Origin: Patescibacteria group bacterium
GTDB taxonomy: Bacteria > Patescibacteriota > Microgenomatia > UBA1400 > PJMF01
Assembly: GCA_016861205.1 (NCBI GenBank)
Contig: BOKX01000001.1
Location: 766,528 to 830,527 of the forward strand
Direction of reading: 5' to 3'
Length of the DNA stretch: 64,000 bases
This document shows positions 30,627-38,802 of this stretch, one piece after another. The stretch's first letter is position 1, and each line of letters starts with the position of its first letter. The translations under genes were made by a program, and so were the position numbers. The notes below the pieces were generated by a model. That model did not search any database, had not been told where the DNA came from, and saw nothing but the letters and a program-made list of their open reading frames with translations.

Positions 30627-31109
30627 TCACTTTCTTGATTGGTGCTGGCAGGCGCTGACAGCTTGGATAGTAGTGGTCAGTATCGTAAGACACTTATGGG
30701 CTTGCTGCAAGCTAAGATTTGCATTTTTCTCGGGAAAGTAGTGAAAAATATGGTTTCGGCATGTCAACCATGCGTCCCAAATCTGACGAGCCAACGTTTC
30801 ACCACACTCGCGGGACACATCATCATACAGCCAGTGGTCAGTTTGCTGGTCTGGATGTAGATCTGGGTTGAGCGCCCGACCAATGCGAAACCGCCGACTC
30901 TCAAAAGTAGCTCGATCAATCAGCTTCATGGCCAACAAGTACTCTTTCAGCATCCCTTCATAAGCCTTGGCTAACGGGAACACCACAAAACTGTAATCAG
31001 GTAAATCTGAGTTGGAGTCTTGCTCCCGCTGCCAAAGCGTCCATGACAGCTTGGCCAAAGTTTGCAATTCTGGTGATAATTCAACAAAATCATGAGCTAT
31101 TGGTTGCAT
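30627..31109 (-). CDS. hypothetical protein with a HEPN-like Rx4H motif
   Basis: CRNHIFHY (R-x4-H) near the C-terminus. Start at MQPIAHD, preceded by a GAGAGGA RBS. Confidence 0.4.
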   Translation of the reverse strand: MQPIAHDFVELSPELQTLAKLSWTLWQREQDSNSDLPDYSFVVFPLAKAYEGMLKEYLLAMKLIDRATFESRRFRIGRALNPDLHPDQQTDHWLYDDVSRECGETLARQIWDAWLTCRNHIFHYFPEKNANLSLQQAHKCLTILTTTIQAVSACQHQSRK

Positions 31110-31174
31110 AGTTGTCCTCTCAACGAGATAATGTGATCTTACCATTAACTTTTAGGTTGCTGGTGTTTTGAGTT

Positions 31175-33781
31175 ATGAAACCTGCCAAACGCCGATCAGT
31201 TCGCTCCCGGTCGAAAACCACCAGCCCACTTCGCCCCACGTCATCAACCCACGTTGATCCCGCTCACGTTCGAGCGGCACTCAAAGGTGGCCAAAGTGAT
31301 CTTGGCCACAAAACTACGCTAGCGTCAACCGACACCCATCAACCCGTCGCCGAACCAAGTCCAGCAAGTCACGCACCTACTATGCCCGGTAAAACCAGAA
31401 CGGCTTCCAGCCGGCCTTGGTACCGTATCTGGCAACGCAAGTCCAACACTCGTCAACAAGCACAAGCTGCTGCAACCAAAGCAAAACGTCCTCGCTTGCC
31501 CCGATTGATTCGGTGGCTGCTGTTGCCACTCACCAATCGCTATCTACGCTACCTTATCTTGTTTGCTGGCCTGGCTGGGCTGGCCTTTCTCGTCTATATT
31601 CTTCGAGACCTACCATCGCCACGCCGTTTGACGTCAAAAGATAACTACGCTGTCAGCACTCAGATTTTTGATCGTAATGGGGTTCTTCTCTACGAAATTT
31701 TTGCCGACGAACATCGTATTCCCATCGAACTCAAAGATCTGCCACCCCATGTCTATCAAGCAAGTATCGCAATTGAAGACCAACATTTTTACTCTCACTT
31801 TGGTTTTGACATTGCTGGCATCATCCGGGCAGCCATCGGTAATCTCCAAGGCAATCGGTTGGAAGGTGGCTCGACCATCACTCAGCAACTGGTCAAGAAT
31901 GCCCTGTTAACTCGCGAGCGTACTTGGCAACGCAAGGCCAAAGAAGGCGTACTGGCCGTGTTGACCGAGATCATTTATTCAAAAGAACAAATTCTTGAAA
32001 TGTACCTCAACTACATTCCGTACGGGGGCACGTCAGTGGGTATTGAAGCTGCTGCGCAACGCTACTTTGATAAGTCAGCCAAAGATTTGACCCTTGCCGA
32101 GGCAGCTTTGTTGGCTGGTTTACCTCAAGCACCCTCACGCTACTCACCATTTGGTTCTAATCCTGCTGAGGCCAAAGCACGTCAAGCGGAAGTCCTTCGT
32201 CGCATGGTGGAAGATAAGTACATTACTCCTCTGGAAGCCGAAAATGCTAAGGCTGAAGTGCTCAAGTTTGCCTTATCAAAAACTGACATCGAAGCCCCTC
32301 ATTTTGTGTTTTATGTCCGAGATCTACTGTATGAAAAGTATGGCGTGGAGACTGTTGAAAAAGGTGGCTTGCGGGTCAAAACAACTTTAGATATATCACT
32401 CCAACAAGCCGCCCAAGCATCACTTTCGGCTGAGGTTAGTAGTCTAGAACGCTATAACATTAGTAATGGCTCCGCCTTGATTGTAAAACCACCGACAGGT
32501 GAAATCTTGGCAATGATCGGCTCTCGGGACTACTTCGACGCCGAGCATGATGGCCAGGTCAACGTCACCCTTGCCGAACGCCAACCTGGTTCATCAATCA
32601 AACCACTCATGTACGCGACGGCCTTTCAAGAGAAACTACTCAATCCAGGGAGTGTCTTGTTGGACATTCCGACCTGTTTTAGTGTGGCCGGCCAAAAACC
32701 ATACTGTCCCAAAAACTACGATGGCTCTTTCCGAGGACCGGTTTCGATTCGCTTCTCACTCGGCAACTCACTCAACATTCCCGCGGTAAAAGGTTTGCGA
32801 ATCATTGGCCTGGAAACATTTATCAATCAGGCTCGTAAACTGGGCATTACTTCATGGGTTGATCCGAGTCGATACGGTTTGTCGTTAACCCTGGGCGGTG
32901 GCGAAGTCAAGATGATCGACATGGCTCAAGCATTCAGCGTCCTAGCCAACCAAGGTGTAAAAGTTCCCCTGACACCAATCCTGGAAATCGATGACTACCA
33001 AGGAAACGTTTTAGAAAAGGTTGATATCGAGCAGCGCCGCCGTGATCTAGCAGATCTGACTACATATGATGGTGAGACAAACAGTGGTGATGCCACACGT
33101 GTTATGGATCGTGCCCCCGCCTACTTAACTGCGCACATCATGCAAGATAACAAAGCCCGCGAGGCCGCTTTCGGTCCGCGCTCCAAATTAGTCATCCCAA
33201 ATCAAGTAGTCAGTGCTAAAACTGGTACCACCAATGACCTCAAAGATAACTGGACGGTTGGTTTTACACCTGAAGTATTAGTCATCACTTGGGTCGGCAA
33301 CAACGATGGCACCCCCATGAACCCCTACCTTGTGTCGGGTATTACTGGTGCGGCCCCCATCTTTAATGACATCATGTCGTACGTACTGAAAGATCAGGAA
33401 CCTGTCCTACCAGAAAAGCCCGGGGACGTGCTATCCGGCATGGTCTGCGCACACGGAATGCCACCTAGAGCTGGAGAAAGTTGCCAAGCCAATGGTCCCG
33501 AGCTGTACTGGAAAGCTAGTCAACCCTCCCGCTCCAATCAAGTCACCAAAGAAGTTTGGATCAAACCAGACACTGGCTTACCCCCAGCCGTCGGCGAGTC
33601 TGCAGAAGGTTTAGTGTTACAAACTAAAACGTTGTACCAAGATCCTGTGACTGAACAGTACTGTGTCGACTGTGCCCGCCCTGTTGATGAGCAAGGCAAA
33701 ATTCAGTATGAGCGCAACGTTGTGGAGTCGAGTTATCGGACCGAGAGTGCAGACTCTGCCCAAGACTCCGCTAATCAATAA
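31175..33781 (+). CDS. class A penicillin-binding protein (PBP1A: GT51 transglycosylase + transpeptidase)
   Basis: GT51: IEDQHFYSHFG...GGSTITQQL. Transpeptidase: RQPGSSIKP (SxxK) and KTGTTN (KTG). A ~130 aa basic S/T-rich cytoplasmic tail precedes the TM. Confidence 0.9.
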   Translation: MKPAKRRSVRSRSKTTSPLRPTSSTHVDPAHVRAALKGGQSDLGHKTTLASTDTHQPVAEPSPASHAPTMPGKTRTASSRPWYRIWQRKSNTRQQAQAAATKAKRPRLPRLIRWLLLPLTNRYLRYLILFAGLAGLAFLVYILRDLPSPRRLTSKDNYAVSTQIFDRNGVLLYEIFADEHRIPIELKDLPPHVYQASIAIEDQHFYSHFGFDIAGIIRAAIGNLQGNRLEGGSTITQQLVKNALLTRERTWQRKAKEGVLAVLTEIIYSKEQILEMYLNYIPYGGTSVGIEAAAQRYFDKSAKDLTLAEAALLAGLPQAPSRYSPFGSNPAEAKARQAEVLRRMVEDKYITPLEAENAKAEVLKFALSKTDIEAPHFVFYVRDLLYEKYGVETVEKGGLRVKTTLDISLQQAAQASLSAEVSSLERYNISNGSALIVKPPTGEILAMIGSRDYFDAEHDGQVNVTLAERQPGSSIKPLMYATAFQEKLLNPGSVLLDIPTCFSVAGQKPYCPKNYDGSFRGPVSIRFSLGNSLNIPAVKGLRIIGLETFINQARKLGITSWVDPSRYGLSLTLGGGEVKMIDMAQAFSVLANQGVKVPLTPILEIDDYQGNVLEKVDIEQRRRDLADLTTYDGETNSGDATRVMDRAPAYLTAHIMQDNKAREAAFGPRSKLVIPNQVVSAKTGTTNDLKDNWTVGFTPEVLVITWVGNNDGTPMNPYLVSGITGAAPIFNDIMSYVLKDQEPVLPEKPGDVLSGMVCAHGMPPRAGESCQANGPELYWKASQPSRSNQVTKEVWIKPDTGLPPAVGESAEGLVLQTKTLYQDPVTEQYCVDCARPVDEQGKIQYERNVVESSYRTESADSAQDSANQ

Positions 33782-33812
33782 GCGTACGCGTTGGTAGCTT
33801 GAACCACAGATT

Positions 33813-34493
33813 TTAATCTGCGTTTTCAATCAAGGTAAATGGATCAGCAATGGCCGTCAGTCGCCCAAGATCGGGAATGACAAAGAGCGTCCCAAGCTTG
33901 GTGATCAAACTTTGCTTCTCTAGTTCTTTGAGGTGAATAGTCACGTTTTCTCGACTCAGACCCAGCCACTCGGCAATCGTTTGGTGAGTAATACGCAAAG
34001 TAATGAGCAGCCGACCATCATCTTGAGCTTCGCTGAAGTGGCGCGCAAAGTAGACAAACAAGCCGGCAATTTGGTCATATGCTTTACCAAGCGCTGCTTG
34101 CTCTAAACGGCGCGTCACGCCATACAAACCGCGCAAAGTTCGTAGCTCCAACTCAAATAACGCTTTACGATCTGTCTCAAAAAACTCAACCACTTTGGCC
34201 TTTGGCACGCGTCTCAATCGGGACGAAGCCAGTGTGGTAAACTCAAATCGACTAATGTCTTGATCCAACAAGGCAAAAAGGGGGAAAATAGATCCCGACT
34301 CATACACATGGACGACGACAGTCTGGCCTTGAGCCGAAGTGGAGGTCATCTTGACCAAACCGCTGTCGAGATACCATAAACAATCTTGGGCATCTGTTGC
34401 TGACTGCTCTAAGGTTTGGTTGGGACGGTAAAATTGAGCTGGATACTGTCCAACGAGTTCGATTAATCCCGGAATACTCTCTTGTGCCTGCAT
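33813..34493 (-). CDS. Crp/Fnr-family transcriptional regulator
   Basis: cNMP-binding-like beta-roll and C-terminal HTH (RENVTIHLKELEKQSLI). Confidence 0.8.
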   Translation of the reverse strand: MQAQESIPGLIELVGQYPAQFYRPNQTLEQSATDAQDCLWYLDSGLVKMTSTSAQGQTVVVHVYESGSIFPLFALLDQDISRFEFTTLASSRLRRVPKAKVVEFFETDRKALFELELRTLRGLYGVTRRLEQAALGKAYDQIAGLFVYFARHFSEAQDDGRLLITLRITHQTIAEWLGLSRENVTIHLKELEKQSLITKLGTLFVIPDLGRLTAIADPFTLIENAD

Positions 34494-34553
34494 AGCGCGT
34501 ATTGTAATCTAGATTACTGATTTATTCAGGGCTAAAATGCATACTGCCAGACT

Positions 34554-35015
34554 ATGAAAACCTTGCTCAAAATCGCTTTGGTCATGTTCACCATTTTTGG
34601 CATCGCTGATGCCGGCTATCTGACGTACATGAGAGTAAATGGTTTAGTGCCACCGTGCAACCCCAACTTCCAGTGTGAAGATGTCTTAGCCAGCCCCTGG
34701 TCAAGTATTGGCCCCTTCCCACTCTCTGCCCTAGGACTGTTATTTTACTCAACTTTCTTCATTCTAGCCGTGCTCAACTTCGTTGATGTCCAGTCGCTCA
34801 AGCTCGGCTCGTACAATGTCAGAATGACCACTGCGGTAGCGGCAATTGGAACGTTTGGTATGTTGTTTTCAGGATATCTTCTTCTACTCATGGGGGTCAT
34901 TTTGCAAGCCTGGTGTCTCTACTGTCTCATTTCGGCGGCTATTTGCTTCACACTCGGGGGGTTGAGTCTCACCCAATACTTTTTAGCCAAGAAAGTAACG
35001 CCTGATGCAATGTAG
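34554..35015 (+). CDS. vitamin K epoxide reductase (VKOR)-family thiol-disulfide oxidoreductase
   Basis: 4-TM protein with a loop Cys pair (CNPNFQC) and a TM CxxC active site (CLYC). Confidence 0.65.
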   Translation: MKTLLKIALVMFTIFGIADAGYLTYMRVNGLVPPCNPNFQCEDVLASPWSSIGPFPLSALGLLFYSTFFILAVLNFVDVQSLKLGSYNVRMTTAVAAIGTFGMLFSGYLLLLMGVILQAWCLYCLISAAICFTLGGLSLTQYFLAKKVTPDAM

Positions 35016-35940
35016 CTTCAAAGTCTCAATTATTGGGGTAGGCAACGTGGGAGCAACCGCCGCGTATGCGATGTGTCTAGACGGCACTTTGACCGACCTG
35101 GTTCTCGTTGCTCACCATAAAGACAAAGCAGAAGCTGAAAAACTCGATATTGAACACGCCCTGCCATTCTTGAGTTCGGTTAACATTGTGGCCACTGATG
35201 ACTATGCCCAAGTGGCTGGCTCAGACCTGGTGGTGGTAACTGCCGGTGCCGCCCAAAAACCCGGCGAGACACGCCTTGATTTGCTCAAGACAAACCTGGC
35301 AATTTTTAATGACATCATTCCCAAAATATATCAAGCTAGCCCAGAGAGCTTGGTTTTGATCGTCACCAATCCCGTTGACATTTTGACCTATCATTCAAGC
35401 AAACTAGCAGCCTTTAAACCCGGTCAAATTTTTGGCTCGGGCACTATCCTAGATACAGCCCGGTTTCGATTCCACCTATCAGAAAGTTTGCAAGTGAGTC
35501 CCCGCAGCATCCACAGTTACGTCCTCGGTGAGCACGGTGACCATTCATTCCCTGTGGTATCATCTGCCACGATCGGCGGTCAAAAATTGAGTGAGTTTCC
35601 AGGCTACTCGGCTGATCAGATGAAAGATGCTTTTGTGAAAACTCAGCAAGCAGCCTACCAAATCATTCAAGCCAAAGGCGCGACCTACTACGCTATCGCC
35701 ACCGCCATCACCAAAATCATGAGCACCATCTACTCCGACTCCCACTCAATTCTGCCCCTGAGTGTGCCCTTAACAGGTCAATTTGGCCAAAGTGAGATGG
35801 CTCTCAGCTTGCCTTGTGTCGTGGGTCGACAAGGTATTCACCAAAGTATTAATGTGCCTCTTTCAGCCGAGGAACAAGCCCAGTTTGCTGAGGCGGCTAC
35901 CGTTCTGAAACAGGCGTATCAGGAAGCAAACCAAGTATGA
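35005..35940 (+). CDS. ldh: L-lactate dehydrogenase (LDH/MDH family)
   Basis: GVGNVG Rossmann motif, ILDTARFRF, GEHGDHSFPV. Confidence 0.85.
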   Translation: MQCSFKVSIIGVGNVGATAAYAMCLDGTLTDLVLVAHHKDKAEAEKLDIEHALPFLSSVNIVATDDYAQVAGSDLVVVTAGAAQKPGETRLDLLKTNLAIFNDIIPKIYQASPESLVLIVTNPVDILTYHSSKLAAFKPGQIFGSGTILDTARFRFHLSESLQVSPRSIHSYVLGEHGDHSFPVVSSATIGGQKLSEFPGYSADQMKDAFVKTQQAAYQIIQAKGATYYAIATAITKIMSTIYSDSHSILPLSVPLTGQFGQSEMALSLPCVVGRQGIHQSINVPLSAEEQAQFAEAATVLKQAYQEANQV

Positions 35941-36365
35941 ACATCATCATCCTCTACGACACCTTGACTGGCACTACCCATGAAACAGCTGAAGTCATTG
36001 CAAAGGAGCTCGAGACCTTGGGTCACCGAGTTACCCTACACCGACCCAGTATTCATGGTCGGCAACCGCAGCTCGATGGTCGTGACTTGATAATTTTAGG
36101 TTCACCCACTTACGGTGATGGTCAACTTGAGGCTAACATGGCCATGTTTACCAACAGCTTTTCTTGCGATTTCAGCCATCAAAAAGTGGCGGTGTTTGGC
36201 CTTGGCGATAGAAGCTACCCACAGTTTTGCCAAGCAACTGAGCTGCTAGAAGCCTGGGTCGCCAAAAACCATGGGACGCTGATTGCGCCCATTCTCAAAG
36301 TGGACTGTTTCGCCAAAGATGTCACCCCAGTTACCACCTGGGTTCGCGAGTTAGTAACCAAATGA
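35937..36365 (+). CDS. flavodoxin (short-chain)
   Basis: IIILYDTLTGTTHETAEVIA flavodoxin signature. Start overlaps the ldh stop (ATGA). Confidence 0.75.
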   Translation: MNIIILYDTLTGTTHETAEVIAKELETLGHRVTLHRPSIHGRQPQLDGRDLIILGSPTYGDGQLEANMAMFTNSFSCDFSHQKVAVFGLGDRSYPQFCQATELLEAWVAKNHGTLIAPILKVDCFAKDVTPVTTWVRELVTK

Positions 36366-37474
36366 ATCACACTGTTTCCAGAAGTTCTGGCTTCCTCTAC
36401 ACCACAATTTTAAAACCAGTTTTTTTTGCTTTTGATCCAGAGTCGGTTCATAACTTGATGGTTCGCTTTGGCACGCAGTTGGGGCGAGTGCGGCTGACTC
36501 GCTGGCTGTTGAAGTCACTGTGGGCGTACGAGCATCCCTCCTTGGTGACTCAGTTGAACGGGGTCACCTTTCCCAACCCAATCGGGTTGTCGGCTGGTTT
36601 TGATTACAATGGAGAACTCACTGATGTTTTGCCCGCCCTGGGATTTGGGTTTCACACCATTGGTACGATCACGCTGCATCCGTACGCGGGTAACCCCCGC
36701 CCACGGTTGGTTCGTCTACCGAGATCTCAAGCTCTACTTGTTAACAAAGGTTTAAAAAACAGAGGTGCCCGCGCCATTATTGCCAACTTAAAGAAACGCC
36801 CCTTCACCATCCCTGTCGGCATCAGCATCGCTAGCACTAATCAACATTTTGCCAACGAAAAAGCGCAGATTAATGACATTACGACGTGTTTCAAACTTTT
36901 TGAAAAATCCCCACTCAACCACGCCTATTACGAACTCAACATCAGTTGTCCAAATACGTTTGGCGGCGAACCATTTACAACTCCAAGTAAACTGGCTCGA
37001 CTCATGGTCCAGATGGATAAACTCAAACTGCAGCGACCGCTGTTTGTCAAAATGCCGATTGATCAGGGTCGTGCCGAGACATTGGCCTTGCTCAAAACTC
37101 TTGCCCGCCACAAGGTTCAAGGCGTGATTTTTGGCAACCTCACCAAAGACAAGGCTAATCCAGCTGTGCACCCAGATGATCGCAAAACTTGGCTTCGCCA
37201 TAAAGGCAACGTCAGCGGTCAACCAACCCGAGCCAGGTCAACCCAGCTCATTCGACTAACTCGACGACAGTTTGGCCATCGCTTCACCATCATTGGGACC
37301 GGTGGAATTTTCACAGCTGAAGACGCTCGAGAAAAACTTGCTGCTGGTGCTGATCTCCTCCAATTGATTACTGGCTTGATTTACAAAGGGCCGCAAGTTA
37401 TTGGAGCTATTAATGCTGAGCTCGCCGAGCATCGCCCGCGTCGTCGTGTGACTGTCTCGAGAGTTAAAAACTAA
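36362..37474 (+). CDS. pyrD: dihydroorotate dehydrogenase
   Basis: GLSAGFDYNGE and NISCPNT motifs. Start overlaps the flavodoxin stop. Confidence 0.85.
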   Translation: MNHTVSRSSGFLYTTILKPVFFAFDPESVHNLMVRFGTQLGRVRLTRWLLKSLWAYEHPSLVTQLNGVTFPNPIGLSAGFDYNGELTDVLPALGFGFHTIGTITLHPYAGNPRPRLVRLPRSQALLVNKGLKNRGARAIIANLKKRPFTIPVGISIASTNQHFANEKAQINDITTCFKLFEKSPLNHAYYELNISCPNTFGGEPFTTPSKLARLMVQMDKLKLQRPLFVKMPIDQGRAETLALLKTLARHKVQGVIFGNLTKDKANPAVHPDDRKTWLRHKGNVSGQPTRARSTQLIRLTRRQFGHRFTIIGTGGIFTAEDAREKLAAGADLLQLITGLIYKGPQVIGAINAELAEHRPRRRVTVSRVKN

Positions 37475-37485
37475 TTCCCAGTAGC

Positions 37486-38703
37486 ATGCAGTACAATGCA
37501 GCTATGTGGCCAGTCTTTCCTCGAAAACTCAAAGTTGTCCTGATCATGATCAGTTTGGGTTTGGCGAGTTTGGGTATCGTGATCTGGGTCTATGGCTCAA
37601 TCCCGCTCACGTCACCACTGACCGAAAACCCTCGTTTTGAGTTTTTGCATGAGATGTTGCCCTCACACCCCACTGACAAAGTCGTGTATGGTTACGTCCC
37701 CTACTGGAACCTCGACAAAATGACGCTCCAACCTGAGTTAACACACTTAGCCTACTTTGGGCTAACCCTTGGGGCGGATGGCAGTTTCCTAACACAAACA
37801 GAAGAAGGTGGAGAGCCAGGTTTTGCTAAGCTTAAGTCTGAGACCTGGCTCGATCTGACCCAACAGGCCAAAGCCAACTCTACCTCGACCGAGATCGTGC
37901 TAGCCCAATTCAACAACGATGACATCGTGGCGTTATTAAGTTCACCAGCCGCGCATCAACGCTTACTTCAGTCACTTGATGCGTTGTTGCTTGCCTATCC
38001 AGTCAACGGCATCAACATCGATATTGAGTATAGTGGCGAAATCACCCCGGCTTTACGACAGCGAATGACTGAACTCGTGACGACCATCCGCCAGCACCTC
38101 ACCACTCGCTACTCGGGGGTCAAGTTGTCCATGGCCATGTACGCCAGTGCTGCCGACTCATCACATCTATGGGATGTACCAGCCCTTCAAACTCAACTCG
38201 ATTACATCGTAATTATGGCGTATGACTTCCATCGACGATCATCACCATTGGCAGGTCCAGTTGCACCTCTCTTTGGTGGCAAGGAACTCTGGGATAGCGA
38301 TATTAGTCAGCATTTGCAAGAGTTCTTAGCCGTCGTACCCCCAGAAAAGCTGCTTTTGGGCGTCCCATTTTATGGCTATGAATGGCAAGCTACCGACCGC
38401 GATCCTCAGGCACACACTTTTCCTGGCACAGGCGCAACAGCTAGCTTCAAACGTGTTCAAGAACTATTGGCCAAAAAGGATGAGTTACAAGTGGCTGAAG
38501 GTTGGAATGAGACAGCCCTCTCGCCCTATATATCCTATGAAGAAGATGGTGAAATCTACGTCGTCTACTATGAAAACTCTCGTTCGTTATCATACAAACT
38601 TGACTATGTTAACCAACTTGATTTAGCTGGCATAGCCATTTGGGCACTTGGCTATGAGGGTAACAATCGTGAGTTGTGGGACGTGATCGAACGAAAGTTA
38701 TAG
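37486..38703 (+). CDS. glycoside hydrolase family 18-like protein, membrane-anchored
   Basis: GH18 (beta/alpha)8 pattern with NGINIDIEY in place of DGxDxDWE. The catalytic D-x-E is retained. Confidence 0.65.
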   Translation: MQYNAAMWPVFPRKLKVVLIMISLGLASLGIVIWVYGSIPLTSPLTENPRFEFLHEMLPSHPTDKVVYGYVPYWNLDKMTLQPELTHLAYFGLTLGADGSFLTQTEEGGEPGFAKLKSETWLDLTQQAKANSTSTEIVLAQFNNDDIVALLSSPAAHQRLLQSLDALLLAYPVNGINIDIEYSGEITPALRQRMTELVTTIRQHLTTRYSGVKLSMAMYASAADSSHLWDVPALQTQLDYIVIMAYDFHRRSSPLAGPVAPLFGGKELWDSDISQHLQEFLAVVPPEKLLLGVPFYGYEWQATDRDPQAHTFPGTGATASFKRVQELLAKKDELQVAEGWNETALSPYISYEEDGEIYVVYYENSRSLSYKLDYVNQLDLAGIAIWALGYEGNNRELWDVIERKL

Positions 38704-38802
38704 CCCGACTTTATCACTGACCGCTCAAACTCTCGTTTTTGTGTCTGAGACTATCCAAACATCGGTCTGGTTTGAGCTATTTGGCTATGTTATTATCCAG
38801 TC

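Noticed and set aside
33782-33812. CAGAT-TTTA-ATCTG hairpin after the PBP1A gene as a terminator
   Set aside because: A 5-bp AT-rich stem is too weak to call.
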